Source: Podarcis muralis
Lineage: Eukaryota
Reading direction: 5' to 3'
Assembly: GCF_964188315.1 (NCBI RefSeq)
Contig: NC_135668.1
Span: 22,754,001 to 22,818,000, forward strand
DNA length: 64,000 bases
Below, piece by piece: positions 46,218 to 57,357 of this stretch (position 1 is the stretch's first letter; every line of letters starts with the position of its first letter). The notes below the pieces were generated by a model, which saw nothing but the letters and a program-made list of their open reading frames with translations, was not told where the DNA came from and did no database searches. The position numbers and the translations under genes were made by a program.

Positions 46218-47730
46218 CATCCAGCTATGCTGGGAGAGGAAACAAAAACAAAACAAACAAAAACTACCTATTGCGTTTTTTTTATTGCCCTAATTTATTT
46301 TTTTGGAAAACTTTTTGATAGTTGATTTTTTAAGAAAAAGACCGCACAAGGGTATATTTTAGAAACCATCGTTTTCTTACAAGGACCTTCTGAGTGTTTT
46401 TCTGAACAAAACTGTGATCAACCTTTGCCTTTTCGAACAAACGTTTGTGGCTGAGTATTACAACTTGCCTGATTTCTGACGACTTGAAATAAATTACCTT
46501 TTCCTGATAAAACAAGACTTTTTAAAAAAAGAGAAAAGAAAACTTCCCTGCCCCCCTCTTATATTCTTTGGGTTTCCCCAGGAGTTATCCATTGCTAAGT
46601 GGCACAAATGATTCCCTTAATATTTCTTCCCTCTTGGGATTGGTAACAACGTAAATGGATTCTTCCTTGTATTTTTTTTAAAATTGAACAAAGTAAACAA
46701 GAGTGGCAGTATTGGTTAATTCATGTACAAGAATCTTTCAATCTGGTTGATATTTCAACCATAAAATGTACCATTTTTTGCTCATTGTATTTCGAGCAAC
46801 TGAGGGAAAAGGGGAGATTTGAGCACAACCTTGATAAATGTGTACCTTCGCTTAAAACAAAACAAAACAAAAAGTATTTTCTTTCTTGGTCCACATGTGG
46901 ATCTGATGTTTAAAAATTTCCACAGCAGGTGTTGCATTCTAAATTGGATCTCTTGTGTAGATGCCTTGATGGCAAAGAACAGTGTTTTAGTTAATGGGGG
47001 GGGGGGGGAAATATGACATTTCTTTGCCATAAAAAGCAACAAACTTTAAACCAAGACACTCGAAATTGAATGTGTTGGGGAAATATCCATCCCCCCCACC
47101 AGTTACAGTATTTCGATGGGAACAATTTACTATGTTTCCTTTGCTTAATTAGTTTGTTTTTTGCTGTCTGTATTGGGTAGGCCTTTAATTTATTTAATAT
47201 ACTTTGTTCTAGATCTTCTGTCTTTTTATTTTTAATATCTGCTAGTCATTAATATTTATGTATCCTAGGAATGTATTGCATTTTCATGCTGTTACAGGTA
47301 GCGTACGTCTTCTTACTTTGCAGTAAACTGATCTCCAAAGATTCTTTCTAAAGCGTTCTCTTTCATTTTCCAAAATCACTTTTAAAAAAGTAAAAAAAAA
47401 GTAACTGGAACCTTTGGATCTAACCTCTGATGCCTCCAAATGAGGAAGAGAATAGAAGCTGGATTTGTTTGGGTGTTTTGGATAATCACAGATGAGCAAA
47501 AACTTGTAAAATATGTGCACATGCTGGACACATGCACACACATGCGCACACATTGCAAAATAAAATGCATCTGATTGAATACAAACAAGCAGTTTGGCAC
47601 TGAACCTTACAAGGGCACACCAGAACTTGTGTTCAAAGCACAATCGTATATTGGCACCTCGTCATTTGTAACAAATTTTCTCTCTCTTTCTCCTGCTGGA
47701 AAAAATAAAATGAATTGAGTAATATGCATT
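46218..47730 (+). other. CHSY1: CHSY1 3' UTR (end approximate)
   Basis: AT-rich and TE-free after the stop codon, with several ATTTA motifs. The first TE-derived sequence resumes at ~47865, after the AATAAA. Confidence 0.75.
47704..47709 (+). terminator. Likely main polyadenylation signal AATAAA (alternative at 47559-47564)
   Basis: AATAAA followed by U/GU-rich sequence (tctgttgcactcttc). Confidence 0.65.
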
Positions 47731-47864
47731 ACTCTGTTGCACTCTTCAGCATTATGCCTTCTCCTTATTCCTGGTTGTGCTTCCCTCTCTCATAAATGCT
47801 AGAATTCAGGGTCATCCAATGAAACTGAATATCGGGGAACTCAGGACAGGCAAAAGGACTTCTT

Positions 47865-48189
47865 CACACAGTTCATAGCTAAGATTACAGGATTTGCTCC
47901 TGCAAGAAGTAGTGATGGCCACCAACTTGGAAGGCTTTAAAAGAGGGCAAGGCAAATTCATGGACGAGAAGGCTATCAGTAGCAACTCACCATGATAGCT
48001 AGGCTCTCCTGGAAGCAGCATGCATCTAAATAACAGTTGCTGGGAGCTGCAAGTGGGGAGAATTCTTTTGTGCTCAGGTCCTGCTTGCAGGCTTTGCATG
48101 GGCATCTGGTTGGCCACAGCGAGAGCAGAATGCTGGACTAGATGGGACCATTGGCTTGATCCAGCAGCTCACTTCTGATGTTCTTGTGT
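47865..48189 (+). mobile_element. Old CR1-type LINE 3' portion
   Basis: gtagtgatggccaccaacttgg...gctggactagatggg...ttctgatgttcttgtg. Confidence 0.75.
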
Positions 48190-48804
48190 CACTTGTTGAA
48201 ACAGCTACAGGCATCCTGAATGTGACCTTTAATGTCTGGTTAAGAAGATTCCGGGGACAGGGCTAGGGGGTACACTCCTGTCCCAGACTAATCTGAGCTA
48301 TGTGAACCAATGGTCGACTCAGTATAAATCAGAGGTTTTATGCTCAGATATTCCTTTGCAAATCAGTGACGGGCTCAATGGAGGCTGGTCCATTAGGGCA
48401 AATGGGGCACAACTTCAGACTGCTCTCAGGCATCTTCTGCCTGCCTGCTTTCCACTGTTCACTTCTGCCTCCTTAGTCTTCAGTGTTGCGCTTCTAGAAC
48501 TCAGCAGGGAAGAAGAGGAGGGTGGGGCAAAACTACAATTAGTTGGCTCTGTAATACAATTAGTTGGCTCTATAATATACAACATAAAATTATTCAAATT
48601 CCTCCCTTCAGAAATTGCCCATCCCACCAAAGATTAATCCAGACTTTTTGGGGGGAGGGTGTGGGGTTTTTACCCTTTACTAAAATCTTGGGTTCAACAC
48701 TTTTGAGAACCAGCATTTCAGTTTTCCCTTCCACCTGACATGCTGTTTTTCTTTCTATGGGGAAGCATTCAGACTTGTAACCTTGTCCAGCCCAGGAAAA
48801 GCTT

Positions 48805-49290
48805 TACCGCTTGGTTTATTTATTTTTATTTATTTCGCAAAATTCATACACCGCTTGATTGTAAAAGAAAAACCTCAAAGCGGTTTATAAAAAGATAAAA
48901 CGATAAAATCAAGGGGGGGGGGAAATACTTTGGAAAAATACAAAAAGTTAAAATTCTTTAAAACAGTTTAAATTCACACTAGCATTTCTAAGTGTTGGGG
49001 TAGGCTTGCCTGAACCAGAATGTTCTTAGCAGGCACTGGAAATAATACAGTGAAGGGGTGTGCTTGCTATCAATAGGCAGGGAGTTCCAAAGTGTTAAGT
49101 GCTGCCACACTAAATCAAGTTCTTACAAATGAAGACTGGGTGTTATGTGGCACCTGTAGCAGTGCCAATTCTGGTGATCAGAAGAGCCAAGTGGGCATGT
49201 GGGGCAAGCTGTTCTTGTAGGTAAACTGGACCCAAGTTGTTAAGGGCTTTCTGTGTTGATAGTAACACCTTGAACCTGAACTCTTACCTG
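48805..49290 (-). mobile_element. Older L2-like LINE 3' end
   Basis: Homologous to 8835-9195; (TTTA)n tail. Confidence 0.65.
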
Positions 49291-49364
49291 AGCAAATTGC
49301 TTCTTCATTTATATAGAAAAGACGCTTCTTAGCCATTGATTCGGTTTAGGGATAACATGTTTAG

Positions 49365-49686
49365 TAAAGGTAAAGGGACCCCTGACCATTAGGTCCAGTC
49401 ATGACTGACTCTGGGGTTGCGGCGCTCATTTCGCTTTATTGGCCAAGGGAGCTGGCGTACAGCTTCCAGGTCATGTGGCCAGCATGACTAAGCCGCTTCT
49501 GGCAAACCAGAGCAGCACACGGAAACGCCGTTTACCTTCCCGCCAGAATGGTACCTATTTATCTACTTGCACTTTGAGGTGCTTTCGAACTGCTAGGTGG
49601 GCAGGAGCAAGGACCGAACAACAGGAGCTCACCCCGTTGCGGGGATTCGAACTGCCAACCTTCTGATCGGCAAGTCCTAGGCTCTA
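49365..49686 (-). mobile_element. Sauria SINE, subfamily A, slightly 5'-truncated
   Basis: Matches the other A copies but lacks the first ~25 nt of the head. Confidence 0.9.
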
Positions 49687-50356
49687 GGTTAGTCCAATTA
49701 ACACAAGGTATTCACTAGCCAGAAATTTCCAGCCATTCTATTTATTGTAATAAGCCTTCAAGACACATCCTTAGTCACTTGCTTATGTTTCCAAATTCTG
49801 CTTTCAGAATCAGTAAATACCCATTCTTTAAAGGAAACAAAAGTTCTGCTTAGACCAAATCCCATGAAGCAGCCTGTTTAAGAGCATCCGCTGGAAGAGA
49901 TCTGGTGTTGCTACAGCAGGACAAACCCCCTCCATCCCATGCTAGCCACATGGGATTCAAACCGTTGGTCTGCATTGGCGCAACACCAGCTCTTGGTGCA
50001 GCTGCAGACACTCAAAGCGGATCTCTTCCATCAAATGCGGCCTTTGTTGTGCAAGAAAGAGGGTAACAGAGAGTCAGAACGGGTAGGTCCATTCTGGCCC
50101 ATAAAACCTCATTCTCCCTCCCACAGACAGGCTGCTTCAGTGGAGGCTGCCTCCTTGTCACTGACCACAAAAGCATTTATGACCTCTTTCCTGTCCATTT
50201 ATGTAAACGGCTCCAGAAATCTGTTTAGTGCAAAGGCAAGTGTTTTTGTTGATGGGAAGGACCTCCAGTGGCGGATGACGCAACCCTATTTAGAGCAGGA
50301 ACTCCCAAACTGCACGCTGGAGCCAGACACTTGTGACACAAGGAATGGGTTTAAAT

Positions 50357-50492
50357 CAGGCATAGGCAAACTCGGCCCTCCAGATGTTTTGGGACTACAA
50401 CTCCCATCATCCCTAGCTAACAGGACCAGTGGTCAGGGATGATGGGAGTTGTAGTCCCAAAACATCTGGAGGGCCGACTTTGCCTGTGCCTG
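50357..50492. mobile_element. Palindromic hAT-type MITE (136 bp) with perfect 8-bp TSD
   Basis: TSD GTTTAAAT at 50349-50356 and 50493-50500. CAGGCATAGGCAAA termini; the element is almost entirely a self-complementary hairpin. Confidence 0.9.
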
Positions 50493-51220
50493 GTTTAAAT
50501 CATCATCATCATCATCAAACCTTTCCATGAGCCCCAAAGTCCCCACTCATCCAGGAAACACTCTACATGAGTGACGGCTCTGGGCTTGTCTCTTAATGAT
50601 TCTGCCACACCTTTTCATTGGTCATCGGCTCACTTAATCTCTCCCCCAACAGTTACCCACCTTTAGAAGAGTGTGTCTGCCTGTGTAGCTGCTCTAGGCA
50701 GTCACTCTGGACAAGGGACTGATGGATATCAAACTTAGTTCCTCGTTTTTCCAGTCTTAAATGCAATTTGGCACAAGTTGGGAAGGCCCTTTTGTTGCTG
50801 CTGTAAGACAACTGGGGGCCAAAATCCTTACTTTTGGGCTTCCTGTGGGCAGCTGGTTGGCTGCTGTGACAAGATGCTGGGCTAGATTAGCCTTTGACCT
50901 GATCCAGCAGAGCTCTCCTTATGCAAATCACTCAACCAGTAGATCCCAATGTACCAGGGTTGCCAAGCTGAATAAAATATTGCAGGGGCCCAGATAAATC
51001 CCACCTGGTATAATCAATCACATGATGCAGTGAACGCACACCATTTGAATGGCAATGTCCATCAACTTGGGGGGGGGGAGCTCAAATATTTTATTGGGGG
51101 GGCGAAGCCCCATCAGCACCTAGGAGTAGGCTCCTATGCATCAACCTTCTGTCCACCCCTAATTATATAAAGCAATCTGGATGAACTGATCTGAAATAAT
51201 TAGTTGTTCTTTGGTTTGAC

Positions 51221-51254
51221 TGGACCTCATGGTCAGGGGTCCCTTTACCTTTTT
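51221..51254 (+). mobile_element. Sauria SINE 3' terminal fragment
   Basis: tggacctcatggtcaggggtccctttacctttt matches the 3' end of subfamily A. Confidence 0.7.
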
Positions 51255-51380
51255 AATGAGACTGATATCCTAATTTCTTCAGTAATCCTGCAAATAAAAA
51301 AGTACAGAGAGAGATACCAACTCTCTTACTATCCTTAAAACAGGTGGTCTGCCTGTGAATACTTGTGGACTTCAGGGTCA

Positions 51381-51635
51381 GACCATAGCTCACTGCTAGC
51401 GCATCTGCCTTCCATACAGAAGGTCCCATGTTCAACCCCCAACATCTCTAAGTTAGGGCAGGAAAAGACCTCAGTCTGAAACATGGGGCTACAACTCCCA
51501 TCATCCCTGGCCACTGGCTAGGAATGATGGGAGTTGTAGTCCAACAAAATATAATATTGAGACAGGCTGGTGTAGACAATACTGAGCTAGATGGACTAAT
51601 GGTCTGACTTAGTTTAAGACAGGTCCCTGTGTTCC
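51381..51635 (+). mobile_element. tRNA-Ala SINE interrupted by a hairpin MITE core
   Basis: SINE head, MITE core at ~51485-51545, then SINE 3' body (tgtagacaatactgagctagatgg). Confidence 0.65.
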
Positions 51636-52294
51636 TTCATGGACCTATATGCCTAGCCACAGCTGGAGTCAGGATGCTGAACTAGGTGGCTCCTTGCTTT
51701 GATCTTGCAGGGTTCTGTTTTGGATAGGGCCTTATGTAATAGCTTCCCTTCCTCCAGCTGTTTTTTCCAGATGTTGCAATTTTCCTGAAGGGTACCACTG
51801 TCTTGTGGCTTCTGGTACACTGGTGGCAGCGGCTAGCTTTTGGTTTTGTGTTCCTTTAAATCTGTAGACCCAAACAGAAGCAAAAATCTAAAGAGTCGCC
51901 TCTTATTTTTAGCCTGACAACAACCCACTAAGCCAGCCATAATTTTCTGCCCTCAGGCAGCAAACTTGTGACAGGCTATGGGGTGAAGGAAAACAACATC
52001 ATAAGATCCCAGGACTCATGATGTTTGCTGTGTATCCAGATTTTCAGTGGGCTCTTGAAGTCTTTTATTATGTCATCTCCTTTTTGCAAAAGTTACTTTA
52101 TTGTTAATATCAATAATTATTATTTTATACTCAATGTTTTGCTTCAATTTATAACCATCTACTACCCTCTTCTTTTTAAAAAGGAATATTATTAAGCATG
52201 TAAGCTGCGAATTTAGAAGTCACAGATTAACATCTTGCCATTGTCATAAACCCAGCTGCAGTTATTGGGAATGGCGAATAGCAATGCATCTTAA

Positions 52295-52650
52295 AGGTAA
52301 AGGGTAAAGGGACCCTGACCGTTAGGTCCAGTCACGGACGACTCTGGGGTTGCAGCGCTCATCTTGCTTTATTGGCCAAGGGAGCCGGCGTACAGCTTCC
52401 GGGCCATGTGGCCAGCATGACTAAGCCACTTCTGGCGAACCAGAGCAGCACACGGAAACACCATTTACCTTCCCGCCGGAGCGGTACCTATTGATCTACT
52501 TGCACTTTGACGTGCTTTCGAACTGCTAGGTTGGCAGGAGCAGGGACCAAGCAACGGGAGCTCACCCCATTGCGGGGATTCGAACCGCCGACCTTCTGAT
52601 CAGCAAGCCGTAGGCTCTGTGGTTTAGACCACAGCGCCGCCCGCGTCCCG
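52295..52650 (-). mobile_element. Sauria SINE, subfamily A, with 16-bp TSD
   Basis: TSD TAGCAATGCATCTTAA at 52279-52294 and 52651-52666. Confidence 0.94.
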
Positions 52651-54039
52651 TAGCAATGCATCTTAATTATTATTAAATGACTTCACTAGCTCTTTGTACT
52701 TTCTGACCACAGATCAATGTCTGAGTAATTAACCTCTAACTCCACATATGATTTATGACCCGGCTGCAGTAAAGCACTATTATACCACTTTAAGAGTCAT
52801 GACTTTCTCCCAAAGAATCATAGGAACTGTAGTTTGTTATGGGTGCTTAGGGTAGCTAAGTGGCCCCTATTCTCCCCTGATAGAACTACAATTCCAAGAA
52901 TTCCCTAGGAGGAGGAACTGATTGTTAAACCTCTCTGGAGATTGTAGCTCTTTGAGGGAAATAGGGTCTTCTAACAACTCAGCTGATAAAACTACAGCTG
53001 AGCATCATTTTATCTCCTAATATGCTGTTGTTGGTCAGAACTGAACTAGAAGTTGCACAAGGAGACAGATAGACTGATGGCTCAAATGCACCAAGGACTA
53101 TACATACAGTATTGTGGGCTCAAAACTGTGGAACAGCTAGCTGACACAAGCTCCCTTCCTGTTGAACTTCTGGTCCTTGGAGAAGACGTTAAAAAAATAA
53201 TCAGCAGTCATTTTAAGTAAGCTTTTCTGACACACACACACCCCGCTGCCCCCGTTAATTTTAACCGATTTTAACTTCGTTATACCTTTTATAACCTTAA
53301 TGCAACATCAGAGACTATGGTATCAAGCAACATAGAAATAGCTGAAATTAATACTGTAAATGAAATGAATAAATATTTGACTCTTCCTTCTGGGGACTAG
53401 GCCTGATGCTGATCCTGATGGACAGCAAGCCCTGGAATAACCTCAAAACTCCCCTGCAGCGGCACACTGTAAGAGTAATGATCAGAAGTGATGGGCAGCT
53501 GTCTTTTGGGGAAGCTTGCTTGCTGTTTCTGATCTTCTGGGAAACCCCCGTAAGCTTCTGGGAGCCCCAGGGTGCCGAGAAACACGGCTTTTGAATTGCT
53601 GGGTTAAACCACCACATGTCATGAAATGCCCCTACAGACACAGATGAGCTGGTATTATGGAATCCAAATTTCCTGTTCTCTCCAAATTTAACCTTAAAAA
53701 AAAAGAAAAAAGAAAGATTAATTTCCTTTGTGTTTTTGACTTAGTGGAATGCAAAACGAGCAAAAATCTATGCTTGTTTTGTGGGGGGGTTTTTTGTTCT
53801 TTTCAAATGAGCAACCCGTGGCTCATTAAAAACAGCTTTGAGATTTCAAACTGTGCCCGCAGCATATTTAGATGAGAGATAAGATGGAATATCTGTAAAT
53901 CGTGGTTTCATGTATTTGTGGCCAGGGAGAACTGGAAGATATTGTTCATTATGTACCATATCACTCCCTGCAAAATATCCCCTGGGGATAGATTTCTCAA
54001 AGGGGTAGTTCAGAGAGTTTCCTTTATGAGAGCATAGAA

Positions 54040-54228
54040 AACATAAGAGGCCATCTTAGACCCAATTAGACCACTGGTCCATCTAGCCCAATATTGTCTA
54101 CACAGACTGGCAGTGACTCTTCAAGGTTTCAGACTCGGATCTCTCCAAGCCCTACCTGGATGTACCAGGGAGAGAACCCAGGACCTTCTGAATGCAAAGC
54201 AAATGCTCTATCTCTGAGCTTACAGACC
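54040..54228 (-). mobile_element. tRNA-Ala SINE (Squam2-like)
   Basis: Reverse-complement copy with head and body. Confidence 0.72.
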
Positions 54229-55264
54229 TCCTTCCCCAATGCTTCTTACTTGCAGATGGATGGAGATAAATATACTACTTATAAGGTTTGCGTATTTCAG
54301 GTTGCCATGTGTCCTCTTTGTCCAGGACACGTCCTCTTTTTCAGGGGTAAAATCTCTGTCCAGGTGGATTTTAAAAAATTTGCCAAGATGTCTCTGGCTC
54401 TACTTTCAGGATGAGACATAGACATAACTGGTGGTTGAATACTGCTTTCCTCTTCTATATCACAGCTTCTATAGCCTACATAGAGTAGGAGTATTTAAAA
54501 TGAGAGTCGTCATAGTGTCCTCTTTTTTGCTCTTCAAAATATAGCAACTCTAGGTTTAGCGGCCCAAATAGACAAAATTCCTTTGCCCAACTTGTGTGCA
54601 ATGTGTTAGGGACTCTAAAATGCATCACAATCTGTTGGTATGTTTCCTGCATTTGTCAAACCAGCATTGAAACATCTGAGCATGTTTTACTATACTGCTC
54701 ACACTATAAAGGCATTCATTCCCTATATATCACACATTTTTAATTCAAACTCCCAGCCAAACCAGATCATTTTTGCACTTCCCTCCTCCACTAACAAAAT
54801 CACCATCAATGCGACAAAATTCCCTGAAATTCAGCACACATTGCTAGGAACCAGATGATTAAAGCTCTTTACCAACCACACTAACACTCATTCTAGCGTG
54901 ATTGTAAATGTGCGAGAATGCAGAGACATATCCTAGCTTTCCGTTGTGCTGTTGATCCTAAATTTTCTTTTGCCTGGAAATTGTAAACTTCTATCCGTTT
55001 GACTGCATTCTAGTGGCTGATCTGAGACCGTAACAATGTAAGTAGATTGATAGATTGCATTTTCGTGGTGACCAGTGTTTTTTAGCAAATAAATTTGGCT
55101 GACACCTGACTGACATTGAGGAGGCTTGTCTTGCTGGAACAGATCAATGTCTTTTGTTTTGTTTACAGACCTAGGTTTACAACAGCAGCCAGCCAGATGC
55201 CTTTGGGAGCCCCCAAGCTGGGTGCGACGGCACATCCCAGCCATCAGCTCCTGCTTCTCAGACA

Positions 55265-55439
55265 CATAGAATCATAGAAAGTCACAGAATCATAGAACTG
55301 TAGAGTTGGAAGGGACCCTGAGGATCATCTAGTCCAACCCCCTGCAATGCAGGAATATGCAGCTGGTCCATACAGGGATCGAACCTGCAACCTTGGTGTT
55401 ATCAGCACCATGGTCTAACCAACTGAGCTATCCAGGCTC
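55265..55439 (-). mobile_element. SINE with tRNA-Ile head and CR1-derived tail
   Basis: Minus strand: cctggatagctcagttggttagaccatggtgctgataacaccaaggttgcaggttcgatccctgtatggacca, then CR1 3' end ...ttccaactctacagttctatgattctgtg. Confidence 0.88.
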
Positions 55440-55844
55440 ATACTTTGACTTTGTTGAATCCTTGTATTACCCACATTTTGAAGACATGGGCACCCATTTC
55501 TTGCAGTGAGCGAGATGCACCCTCAAATGTTTGTGTAGGACATTGCAAGCTAGACAGTGACATTGTCAAGAGGGAAGCATGAGCTTTTTTAAAAAAAATA
55601 CTTAAAGGATTAGGAGGATTTTAAGTTTTGATGACTTGCATTTCTTAAAATCTATGTTAACATCCTTCTGGATTAATTGTTTGATGTGCTGTGGTGCCGG
55701 TTGCCTCCAGGGCAGACTTGGGTGGCTGGTTTCAGGGTGGAGAGGGGAAGAAAATGAAGTCTTGTTACATGAGAGGAAGTCTGCTGGTGTGATGCTGGAT
55801 GTTGCTCAACATTCTTTATATTTAAAGATATTATTCTTTAAATA

Positions 55845-56070
55845 CAGTGGTACCCCAGGTTACATACGCTTCAGGTTACAGACTCTGCTAACCCAGAAAT
55901 AGTACCTCGGGTTAAGAACTTTGCTTCAGGATGAGAACAGAAATCGTGCTCCAGCAGCACAGCAGCAGTGGGAGGCCCCATTAGCTAAAGTGGTGCTTCA
56001 GGTTGAAAACAGTTTCATGTTAAGAACGGACCTCCAGAACGAATTAAGTACTTAACCTGAGGTACCACTG
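55845..56070 (+). mobile_element. Tc1/mariner MITE, main family
   Basis: TA TSD on both sides. Confidence 0.9.
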
Positions 56071-57199
56071 TATATATTTTGTTCTACAGTTTATATAAAC
56101 AAAAGTAGGTGTTTTATAGAAACCAGGTATGGGGAACATCAGGTATGGGAGGTGAATGTCTATCTGGTCTTGGGGAATGCTCCACAGACCACACCCCCTA
56201 CCAACAGACCACACCCCTCACAGGCTCTGGTTTGCACACTCCTTTAGTGTTTTTATCTGGCTGGATTACATCCTTGAACTCTGATTAATGCTGCTTGCTT
56301 GCCTGCCTGGATGGAGGACAGAGAGGGATGTGTGAGTATATGGGTAGCCTGCTGTACAAAGATAAAATTTATATTCATTGCTCTGCCTACTTTTTCCTTT
56401 GGCCATGCCCACCACTGCAGCGTGGCCTCTGGAAGTAGGTTTGCTGCCTTTGGTCAGGCAAAATATGGGACAGATTGGGGGTGGGGGCCTAAAAATTACA
56501 TCAGAGCAATCCATTACAATGGCACATGGGGTCTGACCAACCCGCTTCTGCCTGCAAAAAAAACTCCCCCCATTCTCCACCAGGGCCATGTAAACCTCCT
56601 CTTTTGCTCTCTGAGTCCGACCCACCCCTCCCCCTCCCCCCGCACCAGACCAGACCCCTTGAAACATCCTCTTGTGCTCTCCACCCCACCCGCCACCCCA
56701 CCTGCCTGCGCAAATTGTGAGACTCTCCCACTCTCTTGCTCTCCCCAACCTACCTTCTGCATGTGCCTAAACTCTCTCAAACTCCTCCTCCTGGCCCTCT
56801 GTCCATGTCTTGTACAAACTCCCACTCAGGCTCTCACTCTCCTTTCCCCACTGCATGCACCCTCTGACCACACAGCTTTGAGGATGAGCATGAGCATGAA
56901 TACTTGGCGGGGGGGGGGGGGAGGAGGCATCCCGTTTGAAGCCCAAACAGGACAGGGGGCACTTTTCTTCAAACAAAAAGATGATCACTTTTGTCTAGGG
57001 ATGAGAGTGGCAACCCTATCTGGAAGCATTCTCAGAAACAAACAAGGCCCTTGGATGGAAAAATATCACCCACCCTTGATATAAGATGTCCGATTAGACA
57101 AAGCTTTGTGTCCTTGGGTAGGGATGCAGGAGAATTCTTACAGAAACGAGAGTGGATATTGCTGGTGTTTGCAATTTGATGGGAAGAGGAATTGTTCGT

Positions 57200-57357
57200 C
57201 AAACTGCTCTAGAAATTGTAGCTCTGTGTGGTGAAAAGAGGTTTTGTAACACCTCTCAGCACCCTTAACGAACTACAGTTCCCAAGAGTTTTTTGGGGAA
57301 GCCATGGCTGTTAAAAGTGGTGTCACAGTGCTTTAAATGTTTAGTGTAGATGTGGCC
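57200..57357. mobile_element. Fragment of a non-autonomous DNA-transposon-like repeat (related copy at ~52775-53000)
   Basis: Shared aactacagttccca / ttgtagctct segments and GTGTAGATGTGGCC terminus; superfamily not determined. Confidence 0.45.

Noticed and set aside
48534-48579. Short tandem duplications (21 bp here, 20 bp at 56184-56218) and the repeat units at 9378-9716 and 62914-63003 as CRISPR-like arrays
   Set aside because: No regular repeat-spacer architecture, no cas genes, and a eukaryotic context; these are ordinary slippage duplications or TE-internal repeats.
14451-52650. Sauria SINE orientation switch (four + copies, then four - copies)
   Set aside because: Small sample. Two + fragments lie among or after the - copies, and no inversion breakpoint is visible.
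56299-57084. 261-aa ORF and overlapping ORFs at 56266-56988
   Set aside because: They arise from C-rich low-complexity sequence, resemble no protein I know, and show no splice or codon signature.
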